A stretch of DNA of 64,000 nt from Planctomycetota bacterium (GTDB taxonomy: Bacteria; Planctomycetota; UBA1135; UBA2386): the NCBI GenBank assembly GCA_036376355.1, contig DASVAL010000028.1, positions 19,402 through 83,401 of the forward strand. Direction: 5' to 3'. A program made the position numbers and the translations under genes. Below the pieces are notes generated by a model, which saw nothing but the letters and a program-made list of their open reading frames with translations, was not told the DNA's origin and did no database searches. Every line of letters starts with the position of its first letter. Position 1 is the first letter of the stretch. Positions 1 to 8,456 of this stretch are shown here, one piece after another.

Positions 1-503
1 ACCGCACGCTGGCCCATCGCCTGCAGACGATTCGCCAGCTGCTGACGCAGGTCGAGGACCAGGTCCGCCGCGTCGCGCGCGAGATGCGCCCGCCGGTCCT
101 CGACGACCTCGGCCTCGTGCCTGCACTCGAGTTCCTGCGCGGCGAGTTCGAGCGGCGCAGCAAGCTCAAGATCCTCGTCCAGGGCCCGCAGGACCAGCGC
201 TTCCCCGAGGCCGTCGAGATATCGGTCTATCGCGTCGTGCAGGAAGCGCTGTCCAACGTGATCCGGCACGCGAAGGCCTCGAAGGTCGTCATCCGCCTCG
301 AGACCACGGGCGGGCGCCTGCTCTGTTCGGTGCGCGACGACGGAGTCGGCTTCGACACGACGTCGCGGGTACCGCGGCAGACCAGCAGCGGCTTCGGCCT
401 GCTCGGCATGAAGCAGCGGCTGCAGCGCATCGGCGGCGAGTTCGACCTTCACTCCGCCCCTGGGCAGGGAACCGAAGTGTGCCTATCCATTCCCCTGCGC
501 TGA
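1..503 (+). CDS. Sensor histidine kinase, C-terminal fragment (HisKA_3-like H-box + HATPase_c); 5' end lies outside the window
   Basis: The frame is open from nt 3: RTLAHRLQTIRQLLTQVEDQVRRVAREMRPPVLDDLGL is an H-box/dimerisation region. GFGLLGMKQRLQRIGGEFDL is a G2-box ATPase motif. A NarL-type regulator gene follows. Confidence 0.8.
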   Translation, partial: RTLAHRLQTIRQLLTQVEDQVRRVAREMRPPVLDDLGLVPALEFLRGEFERRSKLKILVQGPQDQRFPEAVEISVYRVVQEALSNVIRHAKASKVVIRLETTGGRLLCSVRDDGVGFDTTSRVPRQTSSGFGLLGMKQRLQRIGGEFDLHSAPGQGTEVCLSIPLR

Positions 504-542
504 AACTGACTCTCTCGACTCCAACTGTCTCTCTCGATTCCC

Positions 543-584
543 GGTGAGAACTATGTCAACCACGGTGAGAACCATGTCAACACG
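543..584 (+). repeat. Tandem 21-nt direct duplication covering the RBS and start codon of the response regulator gene
   Basis: ggtgagaactatgtcaaccac (543-563) and ggtgagaaccatgtcaacacg (564-584) carry 19/21 identical positions (2 mismatches), each with GGTGAG + ATG. Confidence 0.7.
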
Positions 585-1212
585 CATCGTACTTGCGGAG
601 GATCACTTGATCGTTCGCGACGGCCTGCGCGCCGTCCTCGAGCGCGAAGGCTTCGAAGTCGTCGCGGAGGCTTCCGACGGCCTCGAAGCAGTCGAGCACG
701 TGAAGCAGCTGCACCCGGAGGTGGTCGTGCTCGACCTCTCGATGCCGAACATGAACGGCATCACGGCGGCCGGTGAGTTGCACAAGGTCGCACCGCGCAC
801 GCGCATCGTGTTGCTGACGGTCTACACCGAGCGCCAGTATGTGATCGGAGCACTGCAGGCAGGCGTACACGCCTTCGTCGCGAAGAGCCAGGCGGCTCGC
901 GACCTCGTGCAGGCGATCAAGCTCGTCATGCAGGGGCGGACCTATCTGAGCCCGAGCATCTCGCAGACCGTCGTCGACGCGTGCCTCGACGGCAGCAGCG
1001 CGGCTCCGGACCCGCTGAGCCCGCGCGAACGGCAGGTGCTGCAGCTGGTCGCCGAGGGCAAGACGACCAAGGAGGCCGCATGGATCCTCGGCATCAGCGT
1101 GAAGACCGCGGAGTCGCACCGCACGAGGATCATGGGCAAACTCGACGTGCACGACACGGCGAGCCTCGTCAGGTACGCGATCCGCTCCGGTGTCGTGACG
1201 CCGGAAGCCTGA
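574..1212 (+). CDS. NarL/FixJ-family response regulator (REC + LuxR-type HTH)
   Basis: MSTRIVLAEDHLIVRDGL...VVLDLSMPNMNG is a REC domain. PLSPRERQVLQLVAEGKTTKEAAWILGISVKTAESHRTRIMGKL is a LuxR HTH. The start is ambiguous among ATG 553, ATG 574 and GTG 544 because of a tandem 21-nt duplication. Confidence 0.85.
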   Translation: MSTRIVLAEDHLIVRDGLRAVLEREGFEVVAEASDGLEAVEHVKQLHPEVVVLDLSMPNMNGITAAGELHKVAPRTRIVLLTVYTERQYVIGALQAGVHAFVAKSQAARDLVQAIKLVMQGRTYLSPSISQTVVDACLDGSSAAPDPLSPRERQVLQLVAEGKTTKEAAWILGISVKTAESHRTRIMGKLDVHDTASLVRYAIRSGVVTPEA

Positions 1213-1338
1213 CGCAGCTGCAGCCTCGACCCGCACCGGCGTCGGGCGATCACCGCAGGTTCGCCCGGGGAAACCCCGGTGGCTCCCCCGTAGATCGCTG
1301 GATTGCCAGCGTTCCTGCCGCAGCGGAATCTTGCGGCG

Positions 1339-2079
1339 ATGAACCGCGACCGCTCCCTGCGATCCGTTGCCGCCGGCTTGCTCTGCGCCGCGCTCGCGGC
1401 GTGCGCGAGTTACGGCCGCCCCCTGTTCGAGATCGCGCCGGAGATCAATGCGACCCTGTACACGGGCCCGACGCTGATCGAACCGGGCGACGTGCTCGAC
1501 CTGCGCTTCGTGCGCAAACCCGAATGGAACCAGATCGCACAGGTGCGCGCGGACGGCCGCATCTCGTTCCCGGTCGTCGGTGAGCTGCGAGCGGCCGGCA
1601 AGACGATCGCGGAGCTCGACCGCCAGCTCGTCGCGACCTACGGCCAGGTGCTGGAGGATCCGTCGCTGCTGTTGAACGTCGGCGGCGACCGCGGCGGCGA
1701 GGGCCGCGACTCGCCGCAGGCAATCACGATCAGCGGTGAAGTGCGCACGCCCGGGGGCCTCACGATCGTCGGCGAGCGCATCACACTGATCGAGGCGATC
1801 GGACGCGCAGGCGGCCACCTGAAGGACACGGCACTGCTCGGCAACACACTGATGATGCGCAGGTCCCCGACGACTGGCTTGTACGCGTCATGGCGGATCG
1901 ATGCCCGCGAGGACCACTGGGAGAAGTCGCAACCGGTCTACCTGCAGCGTCACGACATCATCGTCGTCCCGAACACTCCTATCGACAACGTGAACATATG
2001 GGTCGATCAGTACATCAACAAGATGATACCCACGGGCCTGACAACGTTCGCTCTGGGTATCTTCGTCGCCGACCGCTGA
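1339..2079 (+). CDS. wza: Polysaccharide export outer-membrane lipoprotein, Wza/KpsD/EpsA family (Poly_export + SLBB)
   Basis: Lipobox LAAC after a basic N-region. PGDVLDLRF...ISFPVVGELRAAGKTIAELDRQL is a Poly_export motif. ITISGEVRTPG matches the Wza pattern. Confidence 0.8.
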   Translation: MNRDRSLRSVAAGLLCAALAACASYGRPLFEIAPEINATLYTGPTLIEPGDVLDLRFVRKPEWNQIAQVRADGRISFPVVGELRAAGKTIAELDRQLVATYGQVLEDPSLLLNVGGDRGGEGRDSPQAITISGEVRTPGGLTIVGERITLIEAIGRAGGHLKDTALLGNTLMMRRSPTTGLYASWRIDAREDHWEKSQPVYLQRHDIIVVPNTPIDNVNIWVDQYINKMIPTGLTTFALGIFVADR

Positions 2080-4352
2080 TCGCAGCGCCCGCGCGCACGT
2101 TTCCGGACACTGCCGACGACGACGTCGAGCCGCGCGCTTCCACGTACGTCTCCTCGGCGACGTACGTGCTGCTGCGGTACCGCAAGTTCATCGCCACGAT
2201 CGCGCTGATCGGCGCCGTCATGGGACTGCTGCTCGGCTTGATGAAGCCCAACTCGTTCACGTCGACCGGCACGCTGCTGCTGCGCGGCGGCGCGCGCGAG
2301 AGCGAGACGCCGGAAGCGGCCGTGGCCGGGCGCACGTCGCTGGCCCTGCGCCTGTTCGACGTCGTCGCGAACGAGATCGCGATCCTGTCCCACCGCGACA
2401 CGTTCCGCCGCGTCGTCGAGACCATCGGCGAGCACCGCATCCTCGAGGTGTACGATCCGACCGCGGAGGACACCGAGGAGACGGGTTCGCTGACGCGGCT
2501 GCTGCATCGGATCCAGGCATGGTGGTTCGCGCTGTCCACTGCGGAGCTGGTCGATGCCACGCCCGAGCACCGCACACGCTGCGCGCTCGAAACCGTGATG
2601 GACAGCCTGAGCCTCGGCGCGGCCGGAGGATCGCTGATCCACGTGCGCTACGAAGCGCACTCGCCGCAGCTCGCGAAAGAAGTCACCGACGCGTTCCTCG
2701 CGGCGGCAGAGGAGCACCACCGCCGCGTGTTCAGCAACCGCATGTCGCTCGAGCTGCTGTCGAGCATGTCGGAGAAGGCGCAGCGCGCGGAGGAGGCCGC
2801 GCGAGCCGCACTGGCGGCCTTCAAGGACGAGCACGGCATCTACGACCTCGACGCCCAGCGCACGTCGCTGGTGACGGAGATCTCGAAGCTCGAGACCCAG
2901 CTGGCGGCCGACGAGGAGGAACTGCGGTCGCTCGAGAAGCGCTTCGCCGAGCTGAACGAGTTGCTCGCGGGCGAGCAGCCGGTCCGCGACGTCGTGACCG
3001 AGCAGCCGCCCACCGCGAACCCCGAGTACACCGCGCTGCAGGACCGCATCACCAAGCATCACTCCGAGATCGCGACGATCCTGGGCTCCGCCGCCGACAA
3101 GTTCGAGAAGGAGAACCGCATCGCGGCCTTCAAGCGAGCGATCGCGGAGACCGAGGGGAAGTTGCGCGACGTGCGGCCGACCATCCCGGGGCCGAAGAGC
3201 AGCCAGACGCTGGAGAACCCGCGCTGGGCACGGCTGCAGACGCAGCTCGACGACGTTCGTCTGGACCTCGGTCCGACCCGCATCACGAAGGACCAGCGCG
3301 CCGAGCGACTCGCCCAGATGCGCAAGCAGCTGCAGCAGCTCGAGCAGCACCGATCGCGGCATGCCACGCTGCAGGCAAGCGTCCTGGCGTGTGAGGCGGA
3401 GGCGAAGCGGATCATCGAGAACCTGAAGGCCCAGGAGGTCGTGAACCTTCTCGACGAGAACAAGATCGGAAACCTCAGGACGCTCGAGGCTGGCGATCTG
3501 CCGATCCAGAAGACCGGACCGAACCGCTCGCGCTACCTGCTCGGCGGTGCGTTCGTCGGCCTCGTGCTCGGCTTCGGCTTCGCGTCGCTGCGCCAGCGGC
3601 TGGACCGATCGCTGCGGCGGCCAGGCGACCTCATGGCGACCGGGACCCCGTTGCTCGGCGTCATTCCGGAGCTGACGGGCAAGGCGGCGCGCCAACTCGG
3701 GCACGGCGGCGGCTTCGCGGACACGAAGGATGCCTCGGTGCGCCGTCTGCTCGACCGCCTGTGGATCGACCTCGTGCCGCCGGCACTGCCGGCGACGGGC
3801 TGCTTCACGCTCGCGCTGGTCGGCGACGGGAGGGGACGCGGCGTGACGTCGCTGTCGCTCTACCTCGCGCTGCGCTCCGCGCGACTGCTCGGCCTGCGGG
3901 TCCTTCTCGTCGAGACGAACTACCACGCGCCGGCGCTGGCGCGGCGCCTCGGAGTCGAGATGAACCGTGGCTTCGCCGATCTCGTCGCCGGCAAGGCGAC
4001 GCACGACGAGGTCGTGCGTCCGACCGGAGTGGCAAGCCTGCGGATCGTCTACGCGAGCTCGTTCGAGGGGCAAGGAGCGCTCGTCGTGCGCAGGCCCGAC
4101 GAGCTCGTGCGGTCGCTGCGCGAGGGCTTCCACCTCGTCGTGCTCGACGTGCCGTCCGTGGTCGAGCATCCGGAGTTCGTGCCGCTGCTCTCGTGCGCGG
4201 ACGCCGTCGTGCCCGTGCTCGCCGCGGGGATGACGACGCGTGCAGGCGCCGAGGAGCTGCTCGAGGCGGTGCGCTCCGCCGGCAAGGAGAGCCGCGGAGT
4301 GATCCTGAACCGCTGGCGCTCGGTGAAGCCGTTCTGGCTCCCGAGCGCGTGA
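1995..4352 (+). CDS. wzc: Polysaccharide co-polymerase / chain-length determinant (Wzc/GumC/EpsB family) with a C-terminal degenerate BY-kinase-like P-loop domain
   Basis: TM helix IATIALIGAVMGLLLGL, long coiled-coil periplasmic region, second TM YLLGGAFVGLVLGFGFA. The C-terminal domain has GDGRGRGVTS (Walker A without Lys) and HLVVLDVPS (Walker B). Start is uncertain: ATG 1995 overlaps the wza 3' end, or GTG ~2166. Confidence 0.7.
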   Translation, partial: HMGRSVHQQDDTHGPDNVRSGYLRRRPLIAAPARTFPDTADDDVEPRASTYVSSATYVLLRYRKFIATIALIGAVMGLLLGLMKPNSFTSTGTLLLRGGARESETPEAAVAGRTSLALRLFDVVANEIAILSHRDTFRRVVETIGEHRILEVYDPTAEDTEETGSLTRLLHRIQAWWFALSTAELVDATPEHRTRCALETVMDSLSLGAAGGSLIHVRYEAHSPQLAKEVTDAFLAAAEEHHRRVFSNRMSLELLSSMSEKAQRAEEAARAALAAFKDEHGIYDLDAQRTSLVTEISKLETQLAADEEELRSLEKRFAELNELLAGEQPVRDVVTEQPPTANPEYTALQDRITKHHSEIATILGSAADKFEKENRIAAFKRAIAETEGKLRDVRPTIPGPKSSQTLENPRWARLQTQLDDVRLDLGPTRITKDQRAERLAQMRKQLQQLEQHRSRHATLQASVLACEAEAKRIIENLKAQEVVNLLDENKIGNLRTLEAGDLPIQKTGPNRSRYLLGGAFVGLVLGFGFASLRQRLDRSLRRPGDLMATGTPLLGVIPELTGKAARQLGHGGGFADTKDASVRRLLDRLWIDLVPPALPATGCFTLALVGDGRGRGVTSLSLYLALRSARLLGLRVLLVETNYHAPALARRLGVEMNRGFADLVAGKATHDEVVRPTGVASLRIVYASSFEGQGALVVRRPDELVRSLREGFHLVVLDVPSVVEHPEFVPLLSCADAVVPVLAAGMTTRAGAEELLEAVRSAGKESRGVILNRWRSVKPFWLPSA

Positions 4353-4566
4353 GACGCGCGAGAACGCCGCGGGCGCCGTGCCGATGCGTCGTGCCGCGCG
4401 CCGCAGCACGCCCGCGTTCCGGCGCGGTTGCCGCTGGCCTCGTGCCGCGATGAGCGGTTGCGCATCGATCCGGTCGCGTCCCGCGCCGTGAGTGCGAGAG
4501 CGACGCGCACGCAGTGACGACCGCGCGCGCCGCGTGAGCTTCGCGGACCGGAGTTGTCACCGCGAT

Positions 4567-4584
4567 TGTCGATCCGGATCGACA
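4567..4584. repeat. 18-bp perfect palindrome TGTCGATCCGGATCGACA in the intergenic region upstream of beta-helix lipoprotein A
   Basis: Read directly: tgtcgatccggatcgaca equals its own reverse complement. Confidence 0.6.
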
Positions 4585-4845
4585 GCAAGCTCACGCGCAC
4601 GCACATTGCGCAGCGTGCACCACGCACTGTCCGTCGGCGCGAAAATATGTTCGATCCGCCGAGCCACGCATCGAACACCGGCTCGTAGGGACGCGTCTAT
4701 GCCTAGGGTGTTCACCTTAGATCTCAGCCAGGCCATCACCCGAGAGCGTTGCCGGGGTTTCACCCGAGCGAAGCTCGCGCCGAGAGACCTGCCACCCGTC
4801 ATGTCCCCCAGCACGCCGGTCGCCTGTCCGGCACGAGTCCCCAAG

Positions 4846-6519
4846 ATGCAGTCACTTCCATGCCCCGAGCCGGTGATCCGGCTCCTACCGCCCCGCTCTC
4901 TCTCGTCGACCCTCGCCTCCTGTGCCGCTGCGGCATTCTTCGTGCTTCTCTCCGGCTGCGACAGCTCGCGCTCCTCGGCGACTCCCGCCACGCCCACCGG
5001 TGGTGAGGACCCCACGCTGCCCGTCTCGTCGATCACCTGGACGCCGCTCGTCCCGCACCAGGACACGCGCAACGTGTACCTGAGCTCGAGCACCGGCAAC
5101 GACGGCCACAACGGCCTGTCGCCGCAATCGCCGAAGGCGACGCTCGGTGCCGCGCTGCAGCTGATGCGCAACGGGTATCCCGACTGGCTGCACATCCGGC
5201 GCGGTGATCAGTTCTCGGGCGGTCTCGGCGACTGGTGGCTCTCCGGCCGCGCGGAGGGCAAGCCGATGGTCATCACGACCTACGGCCCGTCCGCGAACCG
5301 GCCCGTGTTCAACTGCGGCAACGGCGACGGAATCAACCTCTGGTCAGGTCCCGTCCACGACGTCGCGTTCGTCGGGATCCACCTGCTCGCGAATGGCTAC
5401 AACGGCGTCAACGGGAATCCGTACGGGCTCACGATCCTGTCGCAGACGACGCGCGTCCTGTTCGAGGACATGAAGATCGAACGGTTCTTCACGAACATCC
5501 GCATGCAGGGCGCGCACGTGCGCGGCGTCAAGATGCGCCGCTCGGTCATCATCGACGCCTTCACGACGGGTTCGGCGCACGCCCAGGGCATCTACGTCGA
5601 GGGCCTCAAGGACCTCCTGCTCGAGGAGTGTGTCTTCGACCACAACGGCTGGAACGAGAACGTGCCCGGAGCCATCGCGACGATCTTCCGGCACAACTGC
5701 TACCTCCAGGGTGACACGAACAACTGCGTCGTCCGCGGCAACATCATCGCGCGCGCGGGGTCGCACGGCCTGCAGGCGCGATCGGGCGGCGTGGTGCACA
5801 GCAACCTGTTCCTCGGCAACTCGATCAACCTGCTCGTCGGCAGCAACACCGCCAACAACGGCGCGCTCACCGCGAGCGTGATCGGCAACGTGATCCTCGA
5901 TGGCAAGAACATCAGCCCCGGCGAACCGCGCGGCTGGAGCGCATCGTTCCAGTGCCTCGCGGCTGGCGAAGTCGCCTACAACATCGCCGCGCACCAGGTC
6001 ACGGGCACGAACCCGCAGAACTACGAGTTCAACAGCAACCAGGGCCAGGGCATCAGGAACGTCGACTTCCACCACAACGTCAGCTACCGCTGGGGCGCCC
6101 CGCTCGCCGTGAACGGCGGCAACTACTCGAACTTCCGGATGCACGACAACGAGCTGCAGGAGTTCGGCGGTAGCGACCTGGTCAGGACGATGTACGGCGG
6201 TGGCGGGTTCTACTCGGCGAACAACCGGATCTTCACGACCGCCTCGAGCAACGCGTGGATGAACCACCAGGGCTCGCTCGTGTCGCTGCCGACCTGGAAG
6301 TCGATGGTCGGCGACACGTCGTCGAGCTCCCAGCAGATGAGTTACCCGGCGGCATCACAGACGATCGCCGGCTACGACCTCACGGTCGGCGGCAGCGGCA
6401 GCCTCGCTTCCTTCCTCTCGCGCGCGCGGGATCAGTCACGCACGAACTGGGACGACCGGTTCTGCGGGACGCACGTCTCCGCGCACTTCCGCAACAACTT
6501 CGGCGTCGTCGTACCGTGA
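4846..6519 (+). CDS. Secreted right-handed beta-helix lipoprotein (pectate-lyase-fold; candidate polysaccharide lyase/hydrolase), paralog A
   Basis: Signal peptide + lipobox LLSGC. Parallel beta-helix repeats (RGNIIARAGSHGLQARSGGVVHSNLFLGNSINLLVG; VIGNVILDG; NVDFHHNVSY). C-terminal ...HFRNNFGVVVP. Alternative start ATG 4801. Confidence 0.7.
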   Translation: MQSLPCPEPVIRLLPPRSLSSTLASCAAAAFFVLLSGCDSSRSSATPATPTGGEDPTLPVSSITWTPLVPHQDTRNVYLSSSTGNDGHNGLSPQSPKATLGAALQLMRNGYPDWLHIRRGDQFSGGLGDWWLSGRAEGKPMVITTYGPSANRPVFNCGNGDGINLWSGPVHDVAFVGIHLLANGYNGVNGNPYGLTILSQTTRVLFEDMKIERFFTNIRMQGAHVRGVKMRRSVIIDAFTTGSAHAQGIYVEGLKDLLLEECVFDHNGWNENVPGAIATIFRHNCYLQGDTNNCVVRGNIIARAGSHGLQARSGGVVHSNLFLGNSINLLVGSNTANNGALTASVIGNVILDGKNISPGEPRGWSASFQCLAAGEVAYNIAAHQVTGTNPQNYEFNSNQGQGIRNVDFHHNVSYRWGAPLAVNGGNYSNFRMHDNELQEFGGSDLVRTMYGGGGFYSANNRIFTTASSNAWMNHQGSLVSLPTWKSMVGDTSSSSQQMSYPAASQTIAGYDLTVGGSGSLASFLSRARDQSRTNWDDRFCGTHVSAHFRNNFGVVVP

Positions 6520-6526
6520 GCCCGGT

Positions 6527-6562
6527 GCGCCGCCGCGCCTGAGCACGGCGGCGCCTTTTCTT
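6527..6562 (+). terminator. Rho-independent terminator after beta-helix gene A
   Basis: Stem GCGCCGCCG / CGGCGGCGC with a 10-nt loop, followed by CTTTTCTT. Confidence 0.55.
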
Positions 6563-6807
6563 CCGACGCGCGCACGCTGGGGAACTGCGGGCCGTCCGGG
6601 CAATCGAGGGATCCACCCGCCCGGGCACCAGCACCTACCTGATGCTGGAGGAACCGCGGCCGCGCCGAGGCGCCGCAGGGGCTTTCCCGGATTGCCGCAG
6701 CAGATCGCCCCGGCTAAGCCCACACGCCCTCGAACGAGGCACACGTGTCGGCATCGATCCGCTGGAACCAGGACATCCCCCACCGCTCGCGAGCCCGTCG
6801 CCGCTGG

Positions 6808-8376
6808 ATGCAGGCGGACGCACCGTTCGCGCTGCTGGCCCTGCTGCTGAGCTGCGGCACCGGATCACCGCCGGCGCAGGAGCCCGGCTGGACCGAGCAC
6901 GAACCGGCGCGTAGCACGCGGCGTGTCTACCTGAGCTCGAGCACCGGCAACGACACGAACGACGGCCTGACGCCCGATTCGCCGAAGGCGACGATCCCGG
7001 CGGCCACGCGGCTGCTGCGCACCGGCAACCCTGACTGGCTGCTCATCAAGCGCGGCGACGAGTTCCGCAGCGGGCTCGGCGAATGGGTGCGGTCGGGCGG
7101 CTCGAAGTGCGCGCCGATGGTCGTGACGTCGTACGGCAACGGCTCGGCGCGCCCGCTGTTCCGCTGCGGCGTCGACGACGGGCTCACCATGCACACGACG
7201 GCGATCCACGACGTCGCGTTCGTCGGACTGCACTTCGTCGCCGACGCGTACGACGGCGGCAATGGGCATCCGTACGGCATCAGCCTGCTGTCGCCGTGCA
7301 CGCGCGTGCTGATCGAGGACTGCAAGATCGAACGGTTCGGCACGAACATCCGCTTCCAGGGGGCCGACCACCGCAACCTCGAGCTGCGCCGGTCGGTCAT
7401 CGCCGACGCGTTCACGACCGGCAAGGCGCACTCGCAGGGCATCTACGTCGAGGCGCTCACGGGCTGCCTGATCGAGGAGTGTGTCTTCGACCACAACGGC
7501 TGGCGGCCGAGCGTCGACGGAGCCGTGCCGACGATCTTCCGGCACAACATCTACGTGCAGGGAGACACGAAGAAGGTGGTCATCCGCGGCAACGTCATCG
7601 CACGCGGTGGCTCACACGGCCTGCAGGCGCGATCGGGCGGCGTGATCCGCGACAACCTGTTCCTCGCCAACTCGATCAGCCTGCTCGTCGGCAGCACGAC
7701 CGGCAACGACGGCGCACTGCAAGCGAGCGTGATCGGCAACGTGATGCTCGATGGGCGGGACATCGACGCTGCCGAACCACGCGGCTGGGCAGCGCAGTTC
7801 CAGTGCCTCGCGTCGGGCGAGATCGCCTACAACGTGGCCGCGCACCAGGTCTCCGGCACGGCTCCGCTGTGCTTCGAGTTCAACAGCAAGGCTGGCGCGG
7901 GCATCAACAACGTCGACTTCCACCACAACGTCAGCTACCGCTGGGGCGGCGGCGTGAGCCTCTCGGGCACACACTTCTCCGCATTCGAGTTCCGCGACAA
8001 CGAACTCCAGGACTCCGGCTCGAGCGCGCTGATCCGCGCCGACTCGGAGAGTCCGCTCGCGGGGATCTCCACGGCGAACAACCGGCTCCACACCGGCGCA
8101 CCGGCTGGCGCGTGGATGTTCTTCAACGGTCGGCAGCTCTCGTTGCCGGCCTGGAAGACGCTCGTCGCGGATGACACGTCCGTCGCCCAGCAAGTCGCCT
8201 ACAAGAACGCGGACGAGACGATTGCCGAGTACGACCGCGCGACCGGAGGCAGCGGCAGCCTCGATTCGTTCCTCGCGCGCGTGCGCAACCAGTCGCGCGC
8301 GAACTGGAACGATCGGCTCGTCGGCACCAACGTGGCTGCGCACTTCCGCGGCAACTTCGGCGTCGTCGTGCCGTGA
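6808..8376 (+). CDS. Secreted right-handed beta-helix lipoprotein, paralog B (tandem duplicate of 4846-6519)
   Basis: Lipobox LLSCG. Collinear similarity to paralog A along the whole length (VYLSSSTGND..GL.P.SPKATI, FRHN.Y.QGDT, RGN.IARGGSHGLQARSGGV, NVDFHHNVSYRWG, ...HFRGNFGVVVP). Confidence 0.7.
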   Translation: MQADAPFALLALLLSCGTGSPPAQEPGWTEHEPARSTRRVYLSSSTGNDTNDGLTPDSPKATIPAATRLLRTGNPDWLLIKRGDEFRSGLGEWVRSGGSKCAPMVVTSYGNGSARPLFRCGVDDGLTMHTTAIHDVAFVGLHFVADAYDGGNGHPYGISLLSPCTRVLIEDCKIERFGTNIRFQGADHRNLELRRSVIADAFTTGKAHSQGIYVEALTGCLIEECVFDHNGWRPSVDGAVPTIFRHNIYVQGDTKKVVIRGNVIARGGSHGLQARSGGVIRDNLFLANSISLLVGSTTGNDGALQASVIGNVMLDGRDIDAAEPRGWAAQFQCLASGEIAYNVAAHQVSGTAPLCFEFNSKAGAGINNVDFHHNVSYRWGGGVSLSGTHFSAFEFRDNELQDSGSSALIRADSESPLAGISTANNRLHTGAPAGAWMFFNGRQLSLPAWKTLVADDTSVAQQVAYKNADETIAEYDRATGGSGSLDSFLARVRNQSRANWNDRLVGTNVAAHFRGNFGVVVP

Positions 8377-8456
8377 AACGGAGGGCCGCTGCACGCGGCT
8401 CGCTGCCGCGCGAAGCGGTTGCGAGTTCGTCCGGTGACACCCCCTGATCGATTCGG

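Noticed and set aside
1212-1339. CCGGGG-aaa-CCCCGG hairpin after the response regulator gene as a terminator
   Set aside because: Short GC hairpin without a following T-tract. It could be a weak attenuator, but there is no evidence for intrinsic termination.
2007-4409. 800-aa minus-strand ORF antisense to the wzc-like gene (and similar long Arg/Ala-rich ORFs at 577-1818, 8199-9590, 10360-11310, 24042-25547, 27254-28756, 53234-56569, 59800-62466)
   Set aside because: Extreme Arg/Ala/Gly/Pro composition, no domain motifs, and each lies opposite a well-supported gene. These are typical antisense open frames of a 70% GC genome.
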